This document shows, piece by piece, positions 29,155 to 45,322 of a stretch of DNA of 64,000 nt. How positions within the stretch are numbered: the stretch's first letter is position 1; every line of letters starts with the position of its first letter. Origin of the DNA: Octopus vulgaris (taxonomy: Eukaryota); the NCBI GenBank assembly GCA_951406725.2, contig OX597840.1:1488001-1552000 (forward strand). Reading direction: 5' to 3'. The notes beneath the pieces were generated by a model. It was given only the letters and a program-made list of their open reading frames with translations. It did not search any database and was not told the DNA's origin. Position numbers and translations under genes: made by a program.

Positions 29155-29467
29155 GACCATGGGATTGCACCTAGCAAGTTACCCTCCCAGGCACAAGTCT
29201 GGGCAAGGTTGTTTATGGAAGACCAGCAGTCGCCCATGTATACCGGTCTTCCCTCTCCACACCACTGATGCTATCCAAGGGAAAGGCAAAGGCCGATACA
29301 GCTTGGCACATGTGTCGTCGCAACTCATTTCTACTGCTGAGTGGACTGGAGCAACATGAAATAAAGTGTCTTGCTCAAGAACACAACACGCACCCCGGTC
29401 CGGGATTAGAGCTCACAACCTCACGATGGTAAGCTCGATGCTGTAACCACTGAGCCATGCAACTTCG
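29155..29467 (-). mobile_element. SINE family 3
   Basis: Matches 23245-23560 and 62690-63018. Confidence 0.88.
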
Positions 29468-30224
29468 CAATCGCTTTCATTAGCTTACAACTAATTCTAG
29501 TATGAGCATCTCTGCATACAGATTTGACTACCAGCTCTAAATCGTATAGTTTCCTCAGCACCAAATTAATTGCTCTTGAATCCTAAATCGCTCTTTCTTC
29601 AGTAACTCTTCCCTCTCTCATTTCTTATCTTCTCTTTCACTCCCACCTCTCTCACGTGACTTCATCAGAAGATTTCCGCATGAACATCAGGATTTCATAT
29701 ATCATTCCTTACATAAGATGACGACATGATTGGGGGAGAAATGAGGATTAGAATTAAGAGAGAAAAATTCGAAGGAAATGTTAACCGTTAACAACAGCAA
29801 TAAATGATCTGAAACCACATGGGGAAACCGACAGCAGCAGCAACAACAAGAACAATTACAAAAACAGACTCAAGGATATAAATTACATCCGAAGGAGGGA
29901 AAATCAAATGAGCATTACAGCAGCAACATCAATAATACGATTATTAAAGAAACACGGCAAGGACTAACCCCTCCTCACAAGGAAGCAAAAAAAAATTGTC
30001 TAAAATATATAAAAAAAGAAATCTTCGAAAATTAGTGGGAAAAAAAATCAATTAAAAGTGAAAGAAAAACAATAGGGATAATTATAAGATTATAAAAAAA
30101 GAATAAAAATTAAAATTATAAAACCAAAAAAAGCACTTTCGGAATCGCTGTAAACATTGCAAACACCAGCAAGAACGATATCACGAATAGTAGCAAACGC
30201 AATAAACAACAGGCAAGGCAATAA

Positions 30225-30226
30225 TT

Positions 30227-30287
<61 letters not shown>

Positions 30288-30308
30288 TGATGATGATCAT
30301 AATAATAA

Positions 30309-30377
<69 letters not shown>

Positions 30378-30578
30378 GTAATAATGATAATGATAATAAT
30401 AGGTTTAGTAGTAATGCTAATAATTGTAACCATAATAATCGTATTATTAATAATAGTAACAACAAAAACTATAATAATAATAATAATAATAATAGGCATA
30501 ATAATGGCAATACTACTAATAATATCAATAATGATAACATTAATAGTAATATTGCTCATAATAATAACAATAATGATT

Positions 30579-30610
<32 letters not shown>

Positions 30611-30638
30611 TAATAATAATTATAATAATATAATAATA

Positions 30639-30683
<45 letters not shown>

Positions 30684-30735
30684 TTAATAATAATAATGAT
30701 AACGACGATAATGATTATTTCTCAGTAATAATAAT
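30225..30735. repeat. (AAT)n microsatellite
   Basis: Direct run. Confidence 0.93.
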
Positions 30736-30887
30736 GAGATTAGTACCCAATAATTTAATCTTGAGACAATAGAATCCAATCGGGTGCCATGATTGGATTC
30801 ATCCATTAGGATGGAGTTTAGTGTTGCTCTCCCCCACCATGTCTCTTCTGGATATAATTAGCTATCGCCATTGACACATGTCATCTG

Positions 30888-31550
30888 CACCACCACCACC
30901 ACCACCACCACCACCGCCGCCACCAACACCACCACCACCATCACAACCATCACAACTACCACCACCACCACCACCACCACCACCACCACCACACAACCAT
31001 CACAACTACCACCACCACCACCACCACCACCACCACCACACAACCATCACAACTACCACCACTACCACCACCACCATCACAACCGTCACAACTACCACCA
31101 CCACCACCACCACTACCACCACCACCACCACCACCACCACCACCACCACAACCATCACCACCACCACCACCACCACTACCACATCACAACCATCATAAAT
31201 ACCACCACCACCACTACCACCACCACTGCCACCATCACAACTACCACCACCACTGCCACCACCACCACCATCACATCTATCACAACCATCACAACCACCA
31301 CCACCACAATCATCACAACTACCACCACCACCACCACCACCATCACAACCATCACAACTACCATCAGCACCACTACCACCACCACCACCACCACCATCAC
31401 AACCATCACAACCATCACAACCACCAGCACCACCACCACCACCACTACCACCACCACCACCACCACTACCATCACAACCATCACAACCCCCCCCCCCCCC
31501 CCACCACCACCACCACCACCATGACAACCATCACAACTACCACCGCCGCC
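30888..31550. repeat. (ACC)n microsatellite with recurring atcacaacc interruptions and a poly-C run
   Basis: Direct run. Confidence 0.93.
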
Positions 31551-32967
31551 AATAACGTTGCCATCGTTGCCACCATTGCCATTTTCATCCAGTTTATCTA
31601 TCGATCCATATATTGTAGTTTTCACTTGAATTGCTGTCGTTGTTGTTGCTATATCAACCTCGTGGTCACGATGACCACTCGGATGGTCAACTAATGGGAA
31701 AATAATTATATTTATCATTGCAATTATATTGATAACTCTTAATGATAGAACTGACATTCTGTTGCCCCTTCATCTTTTTTTTTTTTCCTTTTCTGTTTAC
31801 CTGATGAGCTAAAACTTAGCTGGCTTCCCAGGTAGATCGGTGCGCTATTTTCTAAAGAAGATTGGTTCGGAGCCCAAAGAAGAGAAGAAAGCCATCAAGG
31901 AGGTAGACGAGGTCTTCCCTTGGTTACGATGACTGAAAATTCAAGCTGTTTTAATTAACGGAACAGCCTGCTCGTGAAATTAACACGCTAGTTACTATGC
32001 ACGCCACAGATATGCAAACAGATATGCATCAGATTGACTGATGAACAGAATGTGACAAAGTTAGGACCTTCACATACAGAAAGAGCTCAATGTTTGCCAG
32101 CAAGGACACAAAACGCTGCCGAAAATCGAATTCATGTTCATACGATGGTGAGACGTATACATTAACCACTAAGGTAGGCACCTTTACAGGAAATTGGCAC
32201 ATCAGTTAAAAGAAGCAGAATTTTGTTATGGTTGATAAGAGGCTGCAAGTGGAACCCTTCTGCAGGCAAAGACCTATTCCGTCCCTGCTGTCTGTCTCGA
32301 GGGAAGCGAACATTTAATGGGGCAAAATCTCTTTGAGCTTGAGATACTTGAAGATGACACGGACAGTTTTTTGATATTGTGATTTATTCAAGTTCAGAGG
32401 TTGCAGATCCCGCATTTTCCTTTATATGGCAAAGCATCTCCGTTCTTTATTTAACGTTTATTTCACTTAGGGACTCTAAGCTTAAAAGTTCAATTTACTC
32501 CCAGTTGTCCAAATGGAGACAAGTCGTCGTTGACAGCTGCATTCGTCACAGATGGCATAAAGGGGTTGTAAGCAATTGGCAGATGCATTTTGTTGTCTGT
32601 AGCGAATTGATCAAGGCAAGAGCGAAAAAGTACTCTCTGATAAAAACTGCTAAAGTATGTGAAACCTACAAGTTATAATTTAGCATGCCTGTCGGGGATG
32701 AAGAAAAAAGCAAACGATGAAAGAAGAATTAACCATTTTTCAAACTTTCCTGGGGTCAGCAAATAGGGAATAACAGTTGCTACCCAATTACAAATATCGT
32801 GCTACACAGTGTAATCAGCCGAAGAAATAGTATCTATTAAGGCTCAGATGATTCAAGGATAAAAAAGACGAGTAAGTAAAATTATTTTGATAAAAGAAAA
32901 AATAAACAGAAAGGAAAAGTGCTTCGAAGGAAAAAAGACGTTTAAAAAATGGTAATTAAGAAAAAAC

Positions 32968-33200
32968 GGCGGCGAGCTGGCCGAAACGTTAGCACGCCGG
33001 GCGAAATGCTTAGCCGTATTTCGTCTGTCGTTACGCTGTGAGTTCAAATTCCGCCGAGGTCGACTTTGCCTTTCATCCTTTCGGGGTCGATAAATTAAAT
33101 ACCAGTTACGCACTGGGGTCGATGTAATCGACTTAATACCTATGTCTGTCCTTGTTTGTCCTCTCTGTGTTTAGCCCCTTGTGGGTAGTAAAGAAATAGG
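32968..33200 (+). mobile_element. SINE family 1, full-length, with 17-bp TSD
   Basis: ggtaattaagaaaaaac at 32951-32967 and 33199-33215; tRNA-like head and B box intact. Confidence 0.93.
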
Positions 33201-33744
33201 TAATTAAGAAAAAACAACGGACAATAATAGCAAAATTGTAATATCGTGTGTACATACGTTCAAATGGTACTGTATGAGGTGTGGGGCCCATGCAGCCATT
33301 TCATTTTTCATTTTTATATAATATTCCTCCTCTTTCGTTTTATGTTTATTGTCCCCACTGTGGAGTTGTGTCTGTCCTTGTTATGTCCACTCTTTGCCTA
33401 TAATACAGATTTAACATTACCAATCTACTAATCTGGCTGCAATTAAAGATTACTGATGGATAAATGGGGATGGTAAACATTAACGTCTAAGAACCTTAGG
33501 GATATTGGAATTTAAAAACATACCTTCGCCCTGCAAAAAACTATCACTACAAGAATCGTAAGAAAGTGTAAGATTTTACTCTGTAGTGAAGAAGCCCCCT
33601 TTTTATGTACGTAGTTTCTTATTCAATCGCACCGGGCGGCAGCTCGGCCTAGTGTTTTCTCCTATAGGCTCAGCGCCATAAGTTAAAAAATTTTGCATGT
33701 GACCAACTCACATTTGGCTCAGTTTTTTTGGCAATACTGCCGAA

Positions 33745-33899
33745 TGCAGGAGTGGCAGTGTGGTAAGCAGCTTGCTTACCAATCACACATGGTTCAGAGT
33801 TCAGTCCCACTGCGTTGCACCTAGGGTACCTGTCTTCTACTTCGGCCGACCGAAGACTTGTGAGCGGATTTGATATACTGAAACCGAAAGGAGCCTGTC

Positions 33900-33902
<3 letters not shown>
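33745..33902 (+). mobile_element. SINE family 2, 5' half
   Basis: gcaggagtggcagtgtggtaagcagcttgc..gagttcagtcccactgcg, running into (TA)n. Confidence 0.8.
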
Positions 33903-33935
<33 letters not shown>

Positions 33936-33938
<3 letters not shown>

Positions 33939-34193
33939 GGAATAAATCCAAACTTACAGGGAAAAATTAGATTTAGGGTTAAATCCAATTTTATAGTATA
34001 AATATATTATATTATATTATATAAAATTAGAGATATATATAATTTTCTAGATGGTGTAATTTAATTGTTCATTTTGAATTGATAAAAGGTGTTCTTTTTC
34101 TAATTTTTATGTATATATTATATTGTGTGAAATTTGATTTAGTATTTCTAAATTGAATGTTTTCCCTGTAAGTTAGGATTAATATTCCCTCAA

Positions 34194-34250
<57 letters not shown>

Positions 34251-34315
34251 TAGAAAAAAAGCACCTTTTATCAATTCAAAATGAATAATTAAATTACACC
34301 ATCTAGAAAATTACA
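33936..34315. repeat. Interleaved inverted-repeat pairs within (TA)n
   Basis: 33938-33976 vs 34148-34189, and 34040-34104 vs 34249-34313, are imperfect reverse complements. Confidence 0.8.
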
Positions 34316-34809
34316 TATAATAGAAAAGTTAAAATTAAAACAACAATTAAAAAGTAAAGATTAAGTAAATTGATTCAGTATTTGCTTGTAAGTTTGTGCA
34401 TGGATTGTGCCTCTAATGCCAAAAAGCACGCTCGCCAAAAACAGAATGGTTATCAGGTCATCGTAATGAGATCAGCGGCGCCTAAACAGCTACGCCAGTT
34501 CGACTCATCGAATTATCGCATGGGATTAGTGCTACTTTTCTGCTTCCATAAGTCCATCAGAAATGTATCTCATAATGAGTCACCTATAGATTTCAAATGA
34601 AGTAATTAGTGATTTTCTTACTAAATTTCCCGCTGTAACTAATCTTATAAAATGACTGCATTATTAATTCTTATCTCCTTCGAAGTATATTTAAGTGTGA
34701 ACCCTATCTTATCAACCTGGCTGCCGGGTGGCGAGGGTTCAAGGATCAATAGACGCTGGTGAGAATGATGAGTCAGCCCGATCAAACCAACATTCCCGTC
34801 CCTAATTTG

Positions 34810-35932
<1,123 letters not shown>

Positions 35933-36129
35933 TTAATTTTGCAGGGATGCACTATACATTTTCCAAAGGAAATCATTAAAATATTCGCACCTTGAGGTGC
36001 AGGTGTCACTGTGCAGTAAAAGGCCTTCTGCCCATACACGAAATTCCTGGTTCAGACCCATTGAGTGGTACATACATACATACATACACACATACATACA
36101 TACATACATAAAACTTACACACACGTATA

Positions 36130-36452
36130 TAAGTAAGCGACACTCCGTAGGTTACGACGATGCGGGTTCTAGGTGATACAAGCAGCGCAAAATCCGGCTC
36201 GTGCAATTTGGCCAGCATGTGGCTGAAGGCTCCACAGACTGATGCATGCTTAACGTAGTTCTCAGGGAGATTGATCATGGCACAAAACGTGACAGGGCTG
36301 GCCATTTGAAATACAAATACGTTTGCCAATTGAAAGGATTGATACAATGTGGAATAAAGTGTCTTGCTCAAGTAGACAACACGTCACCGGGAATTGAACT
36401 CATGACATTATGAACGAGAGCCGAATACTCTAACCACTAAGCCACGTGCCAT
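36130..36452 (-). mobile_element. Older tRNA-headed SINE sharing the family-3 central motif
   Basis: aataaagtgtcttgctcaa and minus-strand head gtggcttagtggttagagt..gagttcaattccc. Confidence 0.65.
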
Positions 36453-36505
36453 CACACAGCGACACACACATACATATACATACAAATATGTGTTTGTGTA
36501 TGTTA

Positions 36506-36547
<42 letters not shown>

Positions 36548-36552
<5 letters not shown>

Positions 36553-36722
36553 ATCCAAACAAGAAAACACAGAAAAAAACAGCAACGAGAGCACGTGGAA
36601 CAATTAAAGTATTATTTGACGCTCAGGAAAGAAGGGAAGGAGGGTTTAACGTTTCGAGCGGAGCTCTTCGTCGGAAACAAGGAGAAGGAAAGATCCTAAG
36701 AAGGGAAGACGGAGGAAAAAAA
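36548..36722 (-). mobile_element. Hammerhead-bearing element family A (motif at 36644-36678)
   Basis: gtttaacgtttcgagcggagctcttcgtcggaaac is identical to the motif at 13584; the 3' end abuts (TA)n. Confidence 0.8.
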
Positions 36723-36732
36723 TATTAATCCA

Positions 36733-37362
36733 TAAATAGGGGCAAACGAAAAAAATTCTAATGCCAAATATGCCGAAAAATTGGACATATTGTCCATTAA
36801 CCATATCATTTTTTCACAATACGCACGCTACTCCAAAAAACGGTCGACAGAAATTTCTAAAAAATTCCATTATTACCATATCGGACCGATTTCAGGGTTA
36901 GCTTATAACAGCCCTCCCTTCGTCAGTGATACAGTGGCAAGAAAAATAATTGAGATACTTACTCATACCCATGGAAGAAGCGAACAATAAGTCATGAGCA
37001 CAATTAAGTACCCCAAATACATCCAAAACAGAAATACTCCAGCCCATTCAAGACACGTGCGATTTGAACTGAGGTTCTCACAGAGTGAGAGAGTCCGGAA
37101 GTGGACGCTTAAATTTATATCTAATGTAGGATAAAATTTTTTTCGAAAAAAATTCTTTTCGACAAAAATTGTATCAATGGCCAGCATATTAAAAAATACC
37201 TTTAAAGGTTAAATTCATAAACAATTAATAAATAAGGGCAAACGAAAAAATTTCTAATGCCAAATATGCCGAAAAATTGGACATATTGTCCATTAACCAT
37301 ATAATGTTTTCACAATACGCACGCTACTCGAAAATTTTTTTTCTAAAAAAGTTTTATCCTAC

Positions 37363-37366
<4 letters not shown>
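36733..37366. mobile_element. Rearranged AT-rich repeat remnant, possibly from a DNA transposon
   Basis: A ~100-bp direct repeat (36733-36832 / 37229-37330) and an inverted pair (37123-37162 / 37328-37366). Confidence 0.45.
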
Positions 37367-37419
<53 letters not shown>

Positions 37420-37504
37420 ATGTTTGTATGTATGTATATATATGCGTTGCTGTGTTATAAGATGTTTGCTTCCAAACCACATGGCTTCAAGTTCAGTCCC
37501 ACGA

Positions 37505-38475
37505 TGATATCAAAATCACACATCGCCATTACCTTTGGAGCTACACCAATTTTTTCATAGGCCTTGACTTCCTTGATTTCCTTGGCTCTCTAAAGCTCCT
37601 CTTTGGCGCAGGGTCCTTTCTCAATATCCAGTACCCCAAACAGCCACCTGATCTCACCAGTGTTCTGGGTTGTGGGAGGTGGCTTTCCTAGTTGGATCTT
37701 GAAATGGTCCAGCCATTTACAGCTTCCTATCATCGGAACTTGTTCCGTGTCAATTTGATCAACCTCCATTTCTTCCAAACTGTGATCTCGTTGATGATGG
37801 TCCAGCTCTCTTTACACCAAAACCCGTCAACTGCACTTCCATATTTCTGATCTCCCTCAGTGCCACTTCTCTGGCCTCACTGTAAGTGACAAAGAGATCT
37901 TTCTCCATCACCTGCACATTCTATTTCCTTTCCTCCGTAGGATCAGCAAGGAATCGGTCCTTGGCAGCTCTCAGGTGCTCTCTAGCTGCTCAGATATTTG
38001 GGTCTGGAGAACTGACGTTCCTTCTCACTTTCTTTTTCTTTCTCACCAGGTCCGCAGTTGCTTCTACCACTGCTTTGGTGAAGTACCTGTACCTCCTCGT
38101 TACCCTCTCTTCAATTCTTCGAATCACTGTCACTTCTGCCTCTCGACATAAAACACTGAACCTGTTCCTCATTTCTACTGTGTACCTCTCCTGTTCCTTT
38201 TCACCTTCCATGAAAGCTCCCCACTCATAGCTTGCTATCCGGGGATGACACTTACTTTTTCTTAAGCTCACTTGGATCTTACTCATAACAGGCCGGTAGT
38301 TACTGTCCAGTGAACTGTAACAGCTGCATGGTTCTGTGTTCACAACACTATTCCGCCACTTCTACCTCACCAGAATGAAATCCATGTTGGAGTTTAACAA
38401 GTGCGTATCAGAAACGTAGGGCCACATTTTCTCCGGATTCTTCCTGAATTTGGGAAGAAACTATCATCCATTATA
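37505..38475 (-). pseudogene. Decayed RTE-clade LINE fragment (APE endonuclease C-terminus and linker)
   Basis: FRKNPEKMWPYVSD..MDFILVR*KWRNSVVNTE..LDSNYRPV..VSLRK, then YTVEMRNRFSVL and WLDHFKIQLGKPP..IEKGP..EEL. These are degenerate IDYILV/SDHR and pre-RT motifs, with stops and frameshifts. Confidence 0.8.
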
Positions 38476-38516
38476 GTTGTTGTGATCCATATATATACAT
38501 ACATATATACATATAT

Positions 38517-38721
38517 GTGGAGGCGCGTGGCGTAGTGGTTGGGGTGTCAACACTATGATCGTAAGATTGTGGTTTCGATTCCTGGACCGGGCGACGCGTT
38601 GAGTTCTTGAGCAAATCACTTCATTTCACGTTGCTCCAGTCCACTCAGCTGGGGCACGCATATGCCATAGAAACCGGGAAAGCGGGCCCATGAGCTTGGC
38701 TAGGCATTAAAAGGGCGCATT
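38517..38721 (+). mobile_element. tRNA-headed SINE, family 3b
   Basis: gtggcgtagtggtt..gtttcgattcctggacc..ttcttgagcaa..ttgctccagtccactcagctgg; counterpart at 42352-42598. Confidence 0.85.
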
Positions 38722-38762
38722 TATTTTTTATATACATATATATGTATATATATATATGTATA

Positions 38763-38810
<48 letters not shown>

Positions 38811-39052
38811 TGCATACATATATTTTTATATCTATCTATGTATATATATATACATTATATCCTGTCACAGATTTGTATATATAATTAAACTAAGCGGTCG
38901 TTTAGTAAATGTATTCACACGGCATACTTCGCGAGACTACCAGAACGCTCTCTACTCGACTACCGTCAAGTAAACCTGGTAGGTGTTCGGGAAGTGCATT
39001 CTCCCATCAGCCAGGAGTGTCAATGACTCCCACTACAACAATATATATATAA

Positions 39053-39086
<34 letters not shown>

Positions 39087-39589
39087 TTACATATACATAT
39101 ATATATACGCCTGCATATATTTATATATACATATACACATACCTACGTACGCGCAGCTGCATGCGTATGCATATTTATATACCTCCCTATGTGCACCTGC
39201 ATGTGCAGACAATTATATATGTAAATATTTAAATATTTAAATATTTAAATATTTAAATATACCTACATCTCAGGCCCAGACGCTTAAAACTCCACACGCT
39301 CATACCTCATACGCACAAGCACTCACACAGCGACATATACATGCACTCACTATCAGCCTTATCTATTCACATCATGGCATACACACATACGCGTACACCT
39401 GTGATATCACACCATGAATAAATAAATAACATCCTAGAGGAATATGATTTTACATTTTCAAATTCAAGTGAAAAGATTTTTATTTTCGTGTATCATATTT
39501 CTGTAAATCTTGCTGGTAATATGAAGATAAATTAATGAGATAAATGTTTACCATAATATTTTTTGTGTAAAAATTTCTATTTTACTCAC

Positions 39590-41150
<1,561 letters not shown>

Positions 41151-42351
41151 TCTTACGATTACATAACTGATATTTCAATTATTCACTTTTTTGTCATTTT
41201 TGTCATTTTTGTCATATATCAGTCTGTGATTTGCAGGACTTTGAATGTGTAATAACAGTCTCGTAGGTAACGAGATGGCAGAATGTTTGCGACGTTGGAC
41301 AAAAATGTTTTAAGCTATGTTCTATGGATATTTTTATGTCTATTATTTTTGAGCTAAAATTTGAGTCGAACTTGAGTTAAATTACATTTCTCCTTGAGCG
41401 TGACGTCGGTGACTCCCAGTGTTAACCTCCCAGCAATTACTAGAACTTATATACATCTCATATTACTGGAGCCACGTGGTCCGAAGTGCTTAGCTGAAGA
41501 TCGCACAGCTGCGTCTCGTCTAGCAATCGAAACGACGACACTGGAAAGAAGAAGGTGCTGGGATTTAATCCTAAGCACTTGACAGACTATTAAAAGTTTG
41601 TGGGTACTTATATTTCTGCATGATTATCATAAACCTACGGTTATTACAATCATGCACAACCATGGGTACCTACAAGTAGAAAAATGTAAAATACTTATTA
41701 TGTATCTGAATGAGCGAGTTCTGCCTAACGCTTGAGGTCGTTTTATTTTCGAGCTCAAAATGCCTAATTTTTTACAATTTTTATCAAATGTTCTAGAAAC
41801 TTCGTTTTACTGGCAATTTCATAAAATTTCTTTCACGTGTATGGTTTTATATTTTGTGTTCCAGCTGATACAGATTATTCCAATTTTATTATTTAGGCAT
41901 TCACGCTTTCCGCAGCAATACAGATAATTTCTCGTCACTCGTCTGACTTTTATTGCTATATAATTAAACTGAAGTTCTGAGCGAGAAATTTTGAAACTTG
42001 CTAAAAGCCGTGCTACACTTCCATGAGTTACCTAATGCAATTGAAATCATTAAAATAATCTGAATTTTCTCGGGAGAGACTGATGGAAGATACAGGGAAA
42101 AAGTTGACGAATGAATTTCTCTCATTTCTTTTATCATTTGCTTGATTTTGTCATGCTGCAGTTTCTGCTAAATCGAAATAGAAAATTTAGTCGAAATCAC
42201 GAAGCTAGTAATATTTTTTTGAAGGGTGTGGGCATTTGTTCCATCCTTCTCTTTTGTTGAAGCGTTAAGTCATGAGGTTTTAAACTAAACAGCACAGGTT
42301 GTGAAGCAGGGGCTGGAAAACAAATGCAAATGTAGGCAAAGTCATGTACAT

Positions 42352-42598
42352 ATATGCGCCCTTTTTAAAGCCTCGCCATGCTCATGGGCCTGGTTTCCTT
42401 GTTTCTATGGTGTATGTGTTCTCAGCTGGACGGGACGCCAGTCTATCACAGCGTTACTCCTTTTTGCCAGCTGAGTGGACTGGAGCAACCTTGAGGTGTT
42501 TTGCTCAAGAAAACAACGCGTCGCCCGGTCCAGGAATCGAAACCACAATCTTACGATCATGATGCTGGCACCCTAACCACTAAGCCACGCGCCTCCAC
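42352..42598 (-). mobile_element. tRNA-headed SINE, family 3b
   Basis: Reverse-complement match to 38517-38721. Confidence 0.85.
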
Positions 42599-43781
42599 CA
42601 TGCACACATATACATACATAAAATATATACGCTGAGCTTCCATATGCAGTTTTCTTCTGCGTAATTCATTTACAAGTCATTGATTCGCCTTGGGCCAGTG
42701 TAGCAGATAGTTATCAAATGTGCTGCATAATGGGAACGAACCCGAAACTGTGTGATTGCAAAACGAGCTTCATAAGGCACACATTTATGTCGAATTGATA
42801 AACTAACTAAGAAACCTACGAGTGCCTACATGATTCGCTATATTAACAGGGATTTTCCATATCACACCCTACCTCTTTCAAAAATGAGAACGTAGATGAT
42901 ACGGATAACTCAGTGCATAATATCAAGCACTAAGTATATGGTGTCTGAGCAAAAGGAGGAATGGTGAAAGCTAGAATGCCAGAGATGTTAGTTCGGCTCG
43001 GTATATGTTGATCTTCGGCTAAATGATAGACAAAAAGGAAACAAAACAACGACCACACAGAAGAACAATGACAGACGTATTTACATAGACATTACAGCTA
43101 CTAACAAGAGCAGTTAAATCTCCGCGAAATAAAACAGCATGATTAATGTTGGTACTTGAAACAGCCGTAGGTTAAATTGTAGTGTGAATGAAATACATAA
43201 AGTCTATAACAATTACCTATCAAACAAATTCGTAAATGCCTTTTTTTTTCTTTTTGCTGATTTCTTTACCGGAAACATGCATTTTTAGCACAGAACGTCC
43301 AGGCTATTCGAAATATCAGTGTCTGGTGATCCGCCAGCATTTTCATTGAAAACCAGTTTTTATTAACGCAGTAGACAATTTCAGATTTTTTCTCCGAAAA
43401 AGATATTAGGTTTATAAATAATATAATAAGTTATAAACGTCACTTCAATATAAATAATAAATTTCAAAGAGATATCGCTTTGAGATGTTACTTTAAAATA
43501 AAATATTATATCAATTACGCCGTTCAATATTTGTAAACAAACGAAAAATCCTTTACATACCCGTATGTTGCGCCGTTTAAATTTTAAAGAAAAGTCTATG
43601 ATATCGGTTAACGTTTTCTAGATATATTATTTTAGAATAACAGGCACCATTGCGAAAACTGAGAATGAACCTCATGGCAATTCTTTTGTAACTCGGTATA
43701 TCTGGCTGCAGACCATAGCAGCGAAAATTATCTCAGTCGATTCTGGTGGGTTACAAGATACAGAAGAAAATTAACGTATTG

Positions 43782-43877
43782 TTCTGTTGTGTCTGGGGAG
43801 AGTCATTTTCTTTTTGTGCCTTATAATGTACATTATAAGGCACAAAAAGAAAATGACTCTCCCCAGACACAACAGAA
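43782..43877. repeat. Perfect 96-bp spacer-less palindrome
   Basis: 43782-43829 is the exact reverse complement of 43830-43877, centred on aatgt|acatt. Confidence 0.97.
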
Positions 43878-44134
43878 TATGCTTCAACACACGAACACAA
43901 ATAAAGAATCTTGCGAAACAAATCCAAAAACGAAGCCTATTATTTGCCTTTAATTTACTTGTGGTGGCTAATATCCTTCACCTAAATCAACATTGCTGTA
44001 TTATAAATACCGTCGTCATTATTGTCGTCGTGGTATTCACCATTGCCATTGACATCGTAGTTGTGGTGGTCATCGTCACAATTACGATGTTGGTGTTCAA
44101 ATAGAAGAGTGAATGAGTTTCATGTTACTGCTTT

Positions 44135-44426
44135 GGGTGATGGTAATCATGATAATGATAATGATAATCAGGAGGAGGTGGAGGAGAGTTGAATGGTGGT
44201 GGTGGTGGTGTTCGTGGTGGTGGTGATGGTGGTGATGGTTGTTGTGGTGAAGGTAGATGGTGGTTATGTTGGTTGTGGTGGCAGTGATGGTATTAATTCC
44301 GGTGGTGGTATTGGCTGTGGTGCTGTCACTACTGCCGAATATCTGGGGGATGATGACGACAATGATAACGAGGACGACGATATGAAGATGTTGATGATGA
44401 TGAGGAGGAGGAGGCGGAGGGGGAAG

Positions 44427-44458
<32 letters not shown>

Positions 44459-44560
44459 AACGATGAAAATGAACATGATAATAGAGACGACAGCGATGTC
44501 GATGACAACGTCGAATATGGTGAAGATAATATTGCCAATGGTGATGATGATGATTGTGAG
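44135..44560. repeat. Degenerate (GGT)/(GAT)n tract
   Basis: Low-complexity trinucleotide run. Confidence 0.8.
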
Positions 44561-45021
44561 AACATTGTCTTCCTTACTGTTATTTTGTTTTTACAAAACA
44601 AAACCAAACAAAGAAAAAGCAATCTACGGCAGTAACATGAAAAGTTCTTTCAGAAATCGAAGTGAATGATTTGCTATACAAAAAACTACGCTTTGATATC
44701 GATCTGGTGAGTTGTTTGTTCGTTGTATTGCAATATTTCATTCTAAAATTGTCAATCACGATCGAAGGGATGTCCAATAAGACGATTTGTCCTGTCATGA
44801 TAATTTGACGTTTTTTCATTGTCAATATGACATTCCCTGTGTTGTAGCTTCGTTACCGTTCTTGAAGTTCTTGTACTTAGCACAAGTCCATACTTAAACT
44901 CAGCAGACAAGACGAAAAGAATTCGGAACATGGTTGTGTGTTATCTTGTCCCCAGATCTGCTCTGGCCTGGTGTAGCGAGGGTGATCACCTACGCGCTCA
45001 AGTATGGCTTATTTAATATAT

Positions 45022-45181
45022 TCTTATTTCTTTACCGCCCACAAGGGGCTAAACACAGAGGGGACAAACAAGGACAGACAAACGGATTAAATCGATTATA
45101 TCGACCCTAGTGCGTAACTGGTACTTATTTAATCGACCCCGGAAGGATGAAAGGCAAAGTTGACCTTGGCGGAATTTGAAC
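45022..45181 (-). mobile_element. SINE family 1, 5'-truncated
   Basis: tatttctttaccgcccacaaggggctaaacac..ggcggaatttgaac. Confidence 0.85.
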
Positions 45182-45322
45182 AAATATTTGGTATTGAGCA
45201 AGTAATTCATTGGATGATACCATCAATTAATGAGGCTAATTCAACCTCTAGTTTAATTTAAAAGCGATTTATTTATTGCTGTAATAGTAATAAACACAAG
45301 CATAAGTGAATTATACTGGTAA

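Noticed and set aside
43319-43761. Possible old MITE with ~28-bp TIRs
   Set aside because: Ends only loosely complementary and no TSD identified.
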